Source: Pecten maximus (taxonomy: Eukaryota). From it: a stretch of 64,000 nucleotides of DNA. Positions 53,101-64,000 of the stretch are shown piece after piece. Location: NCBI RefSeq assembly GCF_902652985.1, contig NC_047030.1, forward strand, positions 21,824,001 to 21,888,000. The letters are read 5' to 3'. The position numbers and the translations under genes are program-made. The notes under the pieces are model-generated. The model ran no database searches. It was not told the origin of the DNA and was given only the letters and a program-made list of their open reading frames with translations. Every line of letters begins with the position of its first letter. The first letter of the stretch is position 1.

Positions 53101-56100
53101 TTTGATGGAAATCCCAAACGTTTACATCATTACAAATGGCCTTGTACATTTCTTTGAAGGACATTTTGATTTAGAATATAATTATATTAATTACTATTTA
53201 ATAACAAAATTGATAAGAGAAAACAAATCTTAATAATGAATACAAAAGGGGGGGGGGGGGGGCACAAACAAGAGCAATTGTATAAGAAAATAGACAAACT
53301 ATGACCAGAGTACGACATAGAAGACTGAGCGACAACAAAGATAGCCGCTGTGTGATATCAAGTTCTGATAATGTCACGTTCCCAAATTAAGAGCCATGAG
53401 AGTGACAACCTATCTACCGGGTTAGTTCATGTGTATAAAATTCGCCGACGTTATCGCACAATATTTATATACAGTTATGGCACTCTGTTTCTATCGATAT
53501 GTTGATTTATGGAACGAAGACAACCAATATTGACCGAGACCGGAGGCCGAGGTTTGTATTAGTTATCTGAGATCAATAAATAATCATATCAATATAAATA
53601 AAGTGCCATAACTGTTTTACTACTTTCCGATATCAAAACCAGTCACAGAATGCTATGGTATGATCCCATATCATTTAAACTGCATCTTATCCCAGACATC
53701 TATCACGGGAATCAGGAACAAGTTCAGCCTGTATAAGACATCTATCACGGGAATCAGGAACAAGTTCAGCCTGCATTAGACATCTAATACGGGAATCAGT
53801 TCTTCTGTTGCTCTCTCCTCGACATGTCCTAGGTATGAGGTCCGCTAGACACCCTTCTTAACAAGACATTAGGTATGAGGTCCGCTAGACACCCGTCCTA
53901 ACAAGACATTAGGTATGAGGTCCGCTAGACACCCGTCCTAACAAGACATTAGGTATGAGGTCCGCTAGACACCCGTCCTAACAAGACATTAGGTATGAGG
54001 TCCGCTAGACACCCGTCCTAACAAGACATTAGGTATGAGGTCCGCTAGGCACCCGTCCTAACAAGACATTAGGTATGAGGTCCGCTAGACACCCGTCCTA
54101 ACAAGACATTAGGTATGAGGTCCACTAGACACCCGTCCTAACAAGACATTAGGTATGAGGTCCGCTAGACACCCGTCCTAACAAGACATTAGGTATGAGG
54201 TCCGCTAGACACCCGTCCTAACAAGACATTAGGTATGAGGTCCGCTAGACACCCGTCCTAACAAGACATTAGGTATGAGGTCCGCTAGACACCCGTCCTA
54301 ACAAGACATTAGGTATGAGGTTTGCTAGACACCCGTCCTAACAAGACATTAGGTATGAGGTCCGTTAGACACCCGTCCTAACAAGACATTAGGTATGAGG
54401 TTTGCTAGACACCCGTCCTAACAAGACATTAGGTATGAGGTTTGCTAGACACCCGTCCTAACAAGACATTAGGTATGAGGTCCGCTAGACACCCGTCCTA
54501 ACAAGACATTAGGTATGAGGTCCGCTAGACACCCGTCCTAACAAGACATTAGGTATGAGGTTTGCTAGACACCGGTTCTAACAAGACATTATCTGTTGGT
54601 GTCCGCTAGACACCGGTTCTAATAAGACATTATCTGTTGGTGTCCGCTAGACACCGGTTCTAACAAGACATTATATGTTGGTGCCCGCTGGACACCGGCT
54701 CTAATAAGACATTATCTGTTGGTGTCCGCTGGACACCGGTTCTAACAAGACATTAGCTGGTGGGGTCCGCTAAGCACCCATCCTAACTTGACTCTAGCAG
54801 TTTGTGTCCCCAAACCACCGTCCTAACATAACTCATAATAATTGTTAATATTCCCTAGATAACTTGACTTCAGCTGTTGCTGTCCCAAGGAAACCCATCC
54901 TAAAATGACTCTAGCGGTTGATGTCCCCTAGTCACCCGTCCTTACATAACTCAATCTGCTATTGCTTCCTAGACACCCGTCCCAACATGACTCTAGCGGT
55001 TAGTGTCCCCCAAACATCTACCCTAAATTGCCTCCACTGTTAGTGGCTCTACACAACTGTCCTAACATGGCACTACTGTTAGTGTCCCCTAGACATCTGT
55101 CCTAAAAGAATCTACTGTAAATGTTCCCTCGACAATCGTCCTAAAATGACTCTACTGTTAGCGTCCCCCAGACACCTGTTCTAACTTGACTCTACTGTTA
55201 ATGTCCCCTAGACATTCGTCATAATCTTACTAATAGTTGATGTCCACTAGACACCCGTTCCATCATAACTTTAGCTGTTGGTGTCCCTCGAGACACCCGT
55301 CCTCGTATAACCGTAGCTGTCGTTGTACTCAAGCTGTTTGTGTGTCCCTAGGAACCCGTTTTAGGTGACCTGTGATCTGTTGTTGCTAGGGCGTAAAGAT
55401 GAAACAAATACGACTCAGTTTAAGCTTTGCATTACATATTTCTCGTTATGGATTTTATGAATATGCATTGTTGTACGGTATTTAGATTATTGTCATAAAG
55501 AAAACAAGTGTTATTTCATGGAATGAAGACTAGTTTATGTGATGTTCTCCTCAGTCTGAGTAAATCTGTAAATTTTCAGATCTACTTCGGCGTGGCCACT
55601 GTCTTTATACTGATTGCCATCTTCGCCACTGCTCTGGGGACATTGACCCACCACGAAACTAATGTCACTGTAGAAAACGCAGAGGGTAATGACAACAGCT
55701 CCATTGGACTTCATGGGGATGTCTTGGAAATGAATACACCAAGAAACTTTGCATTTAATCGCAGAGTTCGGCGAGATGAAATCTTCTCCAGTATTGAGTT
55801 AGAAAACACGATTATGTCCGAGCAAGAAGACGAGGATGGCTCCATTAGTCACCAATTCCAGATGACCGAAATATCCGGTGATGTCTTGGCGAGAATGTCG
55901 TATGATCAAGCTAATGAGAAACTGGCACAGAGAAATCATGACCAGGAATACCATAATGAGGTATACAAAGATACGAGTCGGCTTCCTTTATCAGATGGTG
56001 ACGTGTCTAGTAGAAACGGGCATACTTCTCAAGGTAATGAAGGTCAACATCAAAAATGGGACATGAAAGAGCATCAAAAAGGTGATATTGAACAGCATCA

Positions 56101-57688
56101 ACAGGACAACAACCAACAGCATAAACAGGGGGACATCGAACAGCATCAAAAAGGTAAAATTGAGCAGCATCAAAGGATCAACAATAAACAACATCAACAA
56201 GGCTATTCCGAAGAGCAACCAACTTATACAAATGAAAAGCAAAGAAATGCCGGAGAGTACCGAATGGAAACATCTGCACAGCACAAAGAAGAGAATACCG
56301 AGAAGCGTGTACAATGGAACGCCGCTGGACAAAAACAACAAGAAGGTTCTGAAAAGTACCAACGCGGTAACCTCAAACAGAACCAGCATTATATTGTAGA
56401 TGACGTCGAATCTGAAAGGCAAATCGAGTTATCAAGCAATGTTATGGAAAGAAATGAGTTTGATATTTCTGATGACAACGATATTGACAGTAGTGACAAA
56501 CTTTCAACCGATGCTCCAAGTAAGCTGATTTCAGGAACTGGAGATGGGAAATCACAGGACCGACATCATATCCGTATACCACGGAGTCTTGATGTAAGAA
56601 ATGTCTCTCGAAATGTTAAGAATGCCACAGAATTTGAAAACGCCACGGAAGACATTAGTTATAGCATCTCTACAAATTCAACAAATGTCACAGATTTTGT
56701 GGAAATGGCTACACAGGGTACTATAAAGTTAACGCCCAACAGAGTGGATTTACCAAGTGTTTCGTCGAATGACAACAGTACCCCTTCAAATGACTCTGGT
56801 GTCAACATCTCACAACTGACCCAATCTGTGGCCGCCAACATCTTGGCATTCGAAATAAACGATGAAACAGGTATTGCAGCGAACAAGTCAAACATCGACA
56901 TAGGTGATCTTGGAAATACCATTCTAAGAAACCAGGACACAATGAAAAACATCATAGAGAATATCCTTCCAAATCCTCCGGCATCAAAGATCCTCACCAT
57001 GGAGACTGCTGTGAACGAAGAGCATTTTACTTATATGTATATAGAATATGCTACAAACATATTCTTCACTTGTGAACTGTTTCTGCGTCTCGTTTTCTGT
57101 CCTCGTGCGATAAAATACGTTTTTTCATTTCAAAATGTAATCGACATACTTGTTTTAGCTGCAGTTTATGCCAGGAGTGTAATTTCCTTAATCGAGGAAT
57201 ATCAGAGCGATATCGACATTCTTTTATATCTACAGATGTTGAGAGTTCTCCGTCTCCGTAGACTATTGGACAACGTGACTGCATACAAGGTACTCTGTTA
57301 TTCAATGAAGGTTGGAAAAAATGACGTATTTCTTATTTTGCTATATGTCTTCTTTGGGGTACTGTTCTTTTCCAATTTTATCTATTTTTTTGAACGAAGC
57401 GAAGATTTCCCCAGTATTCCCGAAGCTTGGTGGTGGAGCATGGTTACCATAACAACAGTAGGATACGGAGACATGGTACCTAAAACATTCATTGGTAAGC
57501 TGATCGGATCAGTGTGTGCTCTATCCGGGGTGTTCATGTTCTCTCTGATAATACCTATATTTGTGAATACCTTCTTGTCTGTTTATCAATACGCCGAGGT
57601 ACGTAATCGGAATGATGACATATCTCAAAACAACAATACTGCAATCCAGAAACAGAAGATGGAAAAAGTCAAAGAACAGAGTGTTTAA
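50167..57688 (+). CDS. Voltage-gated potassium channel, Shaw(Kv3)-like but atypical
   Basis: Exons 50167-50209 (tentative), 52444-52925 (T1/BTB domain with exact HX5CX20CC zinc motif) and 55580-57688 (S1, long loop, S2 IEYATNIFFTCELFLRLVFCP, S3 NVIDILV, S4 LRVLRLRRL, pore SIPEAWWWSMVTITTVGYGDMVPKT, S6). Splice phases are compatible. Confidence 0.92.
53830..55360. repeat. 40-bp tandem repeat (AGGTATGAGGTCCGCTAGACACCCGTCCTAACAAGACATT) in Kv intron 2; homogeneous to ~54590, then progressively diverged
   Basis: Direct periodicity of 40. Confidence 0.95.
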
Positions 57689-57756
57689 TTTGTACTAAAA
57701 CTGTTCAATACAACGGATAACTCGAAGTTAGAATATCGACGGGTGTTTGAGATCTA

Positions 57757-58279
57757 CGAGGGTTGATTGATATGTTGTGTGCCTTGTATTGAAGGAGGTA
57801 CTCAATGATGTTCTTTTTAAGTCCTATTATTCTCTGACTATATAGAGCCGTTTATCTAGGACTGTTAAGTTTTGGTCAGTTTATATCGACGAGTTAACAC
57901 TTTAAAGTAAACAAGAAAAGCAGCTTTTGCAAAATGGACAAAATCGGTTAGGATTAAGGTGAAAGAGTATGTCATTGCCATGGCTGCTATTCACGATTGT
58001 AGCTTGAAATTGATCAAGCCCCCGCCTTATACATCTGATCTTGCTCCACCAGATTTTCATCTATTTCCAAAACTTAAAACAGCTATTCCGCCACCCTAAC
58101 CCTAACCCTAGGCATAAAAGCATGTAGCTGCTCCCGACATCATTCCAGAAATCCCAAACGGCATGAAACCACTGGCGAAAATGTATAGATACTGCAGGGG
58201 ATTATGTTGAAAAATAATACATATCCGGCAATATTCAAATCCTTCAATATAAGGCTCACAACACCTCAATCAACCCTCG
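57757..58279 (+). mobile_element. Internally deleted mariner-family element
   Basis: ~40-bp TIRs CGAGGGTTGATTGA..TGTTGTG.GCCTT.TATTGAAGGA, with TA on the left. The relic peptide PPPYTSDLAPPDFHLFPKLK matches mariner HPPYSPDLAPxDFHLF. Confidence 0.87.
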
Positions 58280-58449
58280 TCGTTACTACTGTGTTAACAC
58301 GTCTTAACACGGAGACCAGAAATGCTTATCGGGTCTGTCAAGTTATTAGACAATAGAATGTCCATAAAAACAGATAATTTATTGTTTGTAAACTTAACAG
58401 GGGAATGTGTATATGAGATGTATCGATCATGCAATAGGACCATGAATAG

Positions 58450-58750
58450 TTACAATATTGGACAATTGCTTGTGTGTTATTTAACCTATCCCAGACACAA
58501 TATATACAATATTAGACAACTGCTTGTGTGTTATTTTACCTATAACAGACACAATATTGGACAGTTGCTTGCGTGTTATTTAACCTATCCCAGACACAAT
58601 ATTGGACAATTGCTTGTGTGTTATTTAACCTATCCCAGACACAATATTGGACAATTGCTTGTGTGTTATTTAACCTATTCCAGACACAATATTGGACAAT
58701 TCCTTGTCTACTATTTAACATATCCCAGACACAATTCATACAATATCTGT
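58450..58750. repeat. 45-bp tandem repeat (ACAATATTGGACAATTGCTTGTGTGTTATTTAACCTATCCCAGAC)
   Basis: About 6 copies. Confidence 0.9.
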
Positions 58751-59192
58751 GAACCGTTTCAGGAAACCTGGAACAAAAAGTTACAATATCAGTGATATTA
58801 CATTTAACGACCCGGAATAGTAACAATATTGGAGTTATGTGTGCTTTACAGCTATTTAACTCGAGCTTTGGATATGGGACATATTTACATTGTGAACATT
58901 CAGAATACAAAATGTGGAGGTAAACAATTATACCCGTCAATCCATCATTTGTAGGTATGTTGGAATATGGCGATGCTCGTGATAACTGATGTTTCAAACC
59001 TATTTTATTTGTCGGAGAGTAACTAGTGTAGCATCATACTTAATATATGAATGATATATATTGCTATTTATAGATGCGGTGTATCATGAATGTTTACGCC
59101 ATGTTGAATTATAGTTATACGATGATTATGTACATGAATAGTGCCTTGTCACATGGAGATGTGGATTTTTCCGGGTTGATTAAGCGGCGAGG

Positions 59193-59309
59193 ATATTTAA
59201 GCATTGAACGGCTTTCAGTTGGCATTCATAGTCAATATGAATGCCAACTGGACAGAGGCAAATTCCATGAAGCGCGCTATGCCAACTGAAAGCCGTTCAA
59301 TGCTTATAT
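59193..59309. repeat. Short nested inverted repeat (MITE-like hairpin)
   Basis: TAAGCATTGAACGGCTTTCAGTTGGCAT ... ATGCCAACTGAAAGCCGTTCAATGCTTA. Confidence 0.75.
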
Positions 59310-59799
59310 TTACCATCTGCGAATTTTTATTTGTCGTGCGATTTTTTTTTTTTTTAAATGTTCAAATTCAAATTTCAGTTGGCAGTTCATAAGCTTGTGA
59401 ACTCGCAACTGAATTGGTAGGGTTATATAGTGGCAGTGCCATACAATGGTAAATATTTGATTATGATGCTGGACTGTTTACTGATCTCTCCCACATACAT
59501 CACATTTTGTATATTGTTCATGTTATAATGTAGTCTACATTAATTGTTGTACACGTAAGTAGTGGTAATATGCAGTTTATCTTGATTTATATTATATATG
59601 TAAATATTTCAATCACTTATGTGAACTAACACAATTTGCACGCTTAATGTTGTATGCTGTGGAGAAGCTTTAAACTTTAGGGATTAAAATAAAGTACCTT
59701 TAAGTAATCTTTGCCGTTATGTGTTAATTTAAGGGATCTGAGAATATATTTCAGAACTTCACAAAACACTTGATATCTTAATCGGCTTACAGAATTGAT

Positions 59800-61095
59800 A
59801 AAACAGGTGTTAGAGGGCAGGTGTGGTGGCCAGGTGTGAAGGGACATGTGTGAGGAGACAAGTGCAGAAACAGATGGGGACATATGTGAAGAGACAGGTG
59901 TGAGGGGATAGGTGTTAGGGGACATGCATGAGGGGACAGGTGTGAGAGGACAGGTGGGGACAGTTGTGAGGGGACAGGTAAGGGAACAGATGTGAGGGGA
60001 GAAATGTGAGGGGACAGGTGTGATGGGACAGGTGTGAGGGGACAAATGTGAGGGACAGGCGTGAGGGGACAAGTGTGAGGAGACAGATGTAAGGAGACAG
60101 GTGTGAGAAGAAATGTTAAGGGGACATATTAAAGAGACAGGTGTGAGGTGACAGGTCTAAGGAGACAGGTGTGAGGGGACGTGTGAGGAAACAGGAGTAA
60201 GGTGAAAGGTGTAAGGAGACAGGTGTGAGCAGAAAGGTGTAAGGAGACAGGTGAGAGCAGAAAGATGTAAGAAGAAAGGTGTGAGCAGAAAGATGTAAGA
60301 AGACAGGTGTGAGGGACAGGTGTGAGGAGATAGGTGTGAGAAGACAGGTGTGATGGGACAGTTGGGAGGAGACAGGTGTGAGGGGACAGTTGGGAGGGGA
60401 GAGGTGTGAGGAGACAGGTGTGAGGAGACAGGTGAGAGGAGACAGGTGTGAGGGGACAGGTGTGAGGAGACAGGTGTAAGGAGACATGTATGAGGGGACA
60501 GGTATGAGGAGACAGGTGTGAGGAGACAGGTGTGAGGGGACAGGTGTTAGGGGAAAGGTGTGAGGGGTCAGGTGTGAGAAGACAGGTGTGAGGGGACGGG
60601 TGTGAGGGGACAGGTGTGAGGGGACAGGTGTTAGGAGACAGGTGTGGGGAGACAGGTGTTAGGGTACAGGTGTGAGGATACAGGTGTGAGGAGACATGTA
60701 TGAGGGGACAGGTGTGAGGGGACAGGTATGAGGTGACAGGTGTTAGGGGGAGGTGTGAGGAGACAAGTGTGAGGAGACATGTATGAGGGGGACAGGTGTA
60801 AGGGGAAGGTGTGAGGAGACAGGTGTAAGGGGACAGGTATGAGGAGACAGGTGTAAGGAGACATGTATGAGGGGACAGGTGTGAGGGGAAGGTGTGAGGA
60901 GACAGGTGTGAGGGGACATGTGTGAGGGGAAGGTGTAAGGAGACAGGTGTGAGGGGACAGGTGTGAGGGTACAGATGTGAGGGGACATGTGTGAGACAAG
61001 CGTGAGAGGACAGATGTGAGGAGACAGGTGTGAAGGGACAGGTGTGAGGGGACAGGTATTATGGGACATGTGTGAGGGTACAGATGTGAGGTAAG
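59800..61095. repeat. Purine-rich ~14-16-bp minisatellite (GACAGGTGTGAGGG/GAGA)
   Basis: Strongly G/A-skewed tandem array; gives spurious HLSPHTC ORFs on the minus strand. Confidence 0.95.
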
Positions 61096-61849
61096 TTGCA
61101 TTTATATAATGGACACAGCATATTCTTTTTTTAAATAAATATTATGATATTTCTCTGTACAATAACAATACTTTAGTATCCTTTTCATTTCAATGCCCTT
61201 TCCCAGCGACCACAGTCTGCCTAAGTTCACAGTCATTGCACCTGGGAATTTATGATTGTGACCTATTGTCTGCAACATCCTATTGCTGTCATTGATCAAG
61301 GAACCATGAGATAGGGTTTCCATCACATAACCTCGCACTCTAAAAAGGGATTTTATTTCCTTAGAAATCAGTTTCATAATAACAATACCGCATTTAACAG
61401 GAAATATCACGTTTTCATGTGTTGTGATATTCATGTGGCGAATATGTTCGTATAGAGAATACATTAATACACAGATAAATGTTACCATTATATACAATAA
61501 AATATTTAGGTGGAGATAATATTTTAGGTTTTACGTCACAATCTCATCATATTGTACTTTTGTGATTGTGCTTAATGATGATTGTATCAATTTTAATTCA
61601 TCTTTTTCTAATAATAATGATTTATCTTCTTGTAATTGTCAAATAAAACAGAAAAATGTAAATTTCATCAGACTTAAATGGTCTTCTCCTCAGCGTTTAT
61701 GGTTTGATGATAATTACCAAAGAGATATGGAGGTGGAAATTGATATCCGGTAGTTTATAATGACATTTTCACAGGTGTTACTATAATAATAATAATAATA
61801 CACCAATCAGAAGCATATCTTTGACGGCATTTGTGTTTGTATAATGTGT

Positions 61850-62750
61850 TCGGTTATACAGTACATCTTTGATACTTTATAATGTGTATGTATGTTATAT
61901 CCGGTTATACAATATAACTTTGATACATTTTAATGTGTATGTATGTTATATCCGGTTATACAATATAACTTTGATACATTTTAATGTGTATGTATGTTAT
62001 ATCCGGTTATACAATATAACTTTGATACATTTTAATGTGTATGTATGTTATGTCCGGTTATACAATATAACTTTGATACATTTTAATGTGTATGTATGTT
62101 ATATCCGGTTATACAATATAACTTTGATACATTTTAATGTGTATGAATATTGTGTCCGGTTATACAATGTAACTTTGTTACATTGTAATGTGTATGTATA
62201 TTGTCCGGTTATACAATATAACTTTGATACATTTTAATGTGTATGAATATTGTGTCAGGTTATACAATGTAACTTTGATACATTGTAATGTGTATGCATA
62301 TTGTTTTCGGATGTACAATGTAACTTTGAAACATTGTAATGTGTATGAATATTGTGTCCGGTTATACAATGTGACTTTGTTACATTTTAATGTGTATGTA
62401 TATTGTTTTCGGATATACAATGCAACTTTGATACATTTTAATGTGTATGCATATTGTCCGGTTTTACAATATAACTTTGATACATTTTAATGTGTATGAA
62501 TATTGTGTCAGGTTATACAATGTAACTTTGATACATTGTAATGTGTATGTATATTGTTTTCGGATATACAATGTAACGTTGATACATTGTAATGTGTATG
62601 TATATTGTCCGGTTATACAATGTTACTTTGATACATTGTAATGTGTATGAATATTGTGTCCGGTTATACAATGTAACTTTGTTACATTTTAATGTGTATG
62701 TATACTATATCCGGTTAAACAAAATAACTTTGATATAGTGTAATGTTTAT
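61850..62750. repeat. 51-bp tandem repeat (TCCGGTTATACAATATAACTTTGATACATTTTAATGTGTATGTATGTTATA)
   Basis: 17-aa periodic ORFs. Confidence 0.95.
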
Positions 62751-64000
62751 GAAGTTTGATATTGTACGCCATGTAACTATATAGCCTTGTTACGTGTGAT
62801 TGATTTGTTATATATTGTAATTAGATAACTTTGTTATTTGATGAAAAGTATAATAGAACATACAGTTTTACGACACTGACCTATGATGACGTGTGGTTGG
62901 ATATATTATATTGTATAATAATGTAATGTAATCGTCTGAACAAATAAACAATGTAAATTTGCAGTGTATTAGGACACAATATGTCATAATTCATACAAAA
63001 TATCATGGTATTTAATATCACATTGTATAATTATGTAACTAATTATACAATGTTATATAATGTTTTACGTGTTGTAATACAGAATTGTTATTTGCATGCA
63101 TCGGTTGTCAAATATAACTACAACATCGTGTTGAGATGTCGAGTGATTCTATACAGAAATGTAATGTGTGCTTTTTAAAAGCATGCACTTTTCAAGTACT
63201 ACTTACGCGAAATCTAAAAAGGAACATCATATAGATCAGATATATATCTTCCAAACGTACAATGATGTTCATGAAGGTTTAATATCTTCTCATTTCTCGA
63301 CAACGCCAGCCATGCAAAGTTAGGAAAAATCCCAGGTATAATATATTTACCCTGGACATTACTCACTAAAAGCACAGCAGTAATAACTACCGGGAAAAGA
63401 AACTCCAACAATTTTTTTAATTAACGTGTGTTAAATGTGCAGATCTTATTATAAAGTAAATACTATTATAAAGATGGCACTAGAGACGTGTATTTTGTCC
63501 TTCAGAAACAGCTGGGTTTCCATTTTGTTTTTACATTCTTGAATGTCTTAAAATTAACTATTTTCAATAACGTCCTACAATATGACATTGGCCAAGCCTG
63601 ATTTAGTTCCATATCAATGATAGAACTATCAGTGTTGAAAGACCATAGCTGTCCAAATCGCTCATCTCTCGAACAAGGAGGGAATTGCTTCATTTTTACC
63701 GTTTATTCTTTTGAACACTTTTATCAATTTTGTTAAGAATAAGAAAATACTCCAGTAAAAGCACTTCTACCTTTTCAAGATTGGATTTTTTATCGCCTTT
63801 AAAACGAGAAGCGTAAAAAAGTTATTACCTAGATTACGTCAACACGAGTGTGTTTTAAAGCAAATAAATAAGATTAATTTCTGTCATCAAATTGTTAGCT
63901 ACATACGTGTTAACAATAAACTACACATGCTTACAATGAACGACAATTGGTATACACTTGCTTATACGTGTGGATATAGAGGTTACACAACGAGTGGTTG

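Noticed and set aside
61102-61497. 131-aa minus-strand ORF
   Set aside because: No recognisable motif or splice context.
63214-63411. Signal-peptide-like exon MLEFLFPVVITAVLLVSNVQG with a GT donor
   Set aside because: The start codon is TTG, there is no clear acceptor and no downstream exons were found.

Overview
AT-rich, repeat-dense eukaryotic (metazoan) DNA with GT-AG introns; the gene and repeat content suggests a mollusc, probably a bivalve (inference). I reconstructed three spliced host genes by hand. (1) A + strand two-TM, NIT-GC-like guanylate cyclase homologue (2261-14009) whose cyclase domain lacks most catalytic residues and whose long exon has a +1 frameshift. (2) A - strand secreted protein (34302-15628) with a Cys-rich N-terminal module, two divergent SRCR domains, a Thr/Pro mucin stalk and W-I-x-(F/L)-G tail motifs. 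(3) A + strand Shaw-like Kv channel (50167-57688) with a ~460-aa S1-S2 loop containing furin-type sites and an altered S6 hinge. An 8.8-kb Spy-type (PHIS group) DNA transposon (37414-46244) with an intact 677-aa transposase is inserted at AAA|TTT with no TSD, at the edge of a 24-bp minisatellite. It carries a tRNA-like Pol III element, a hairpin, a 29-bp satellite and a LINE relic. Also present: a foldback element whose long inverted arms each hold the 5' exons of a C2H2 zinc-finger gene, Tc1 and mariner relics, LINE and SINE fragments, MITE-like hairpins and more than a dozen tandem arrays. Most long ORFs in the supplied track are repeat artefacts. All assignments come from motif recognition by eye; no database searches were run.
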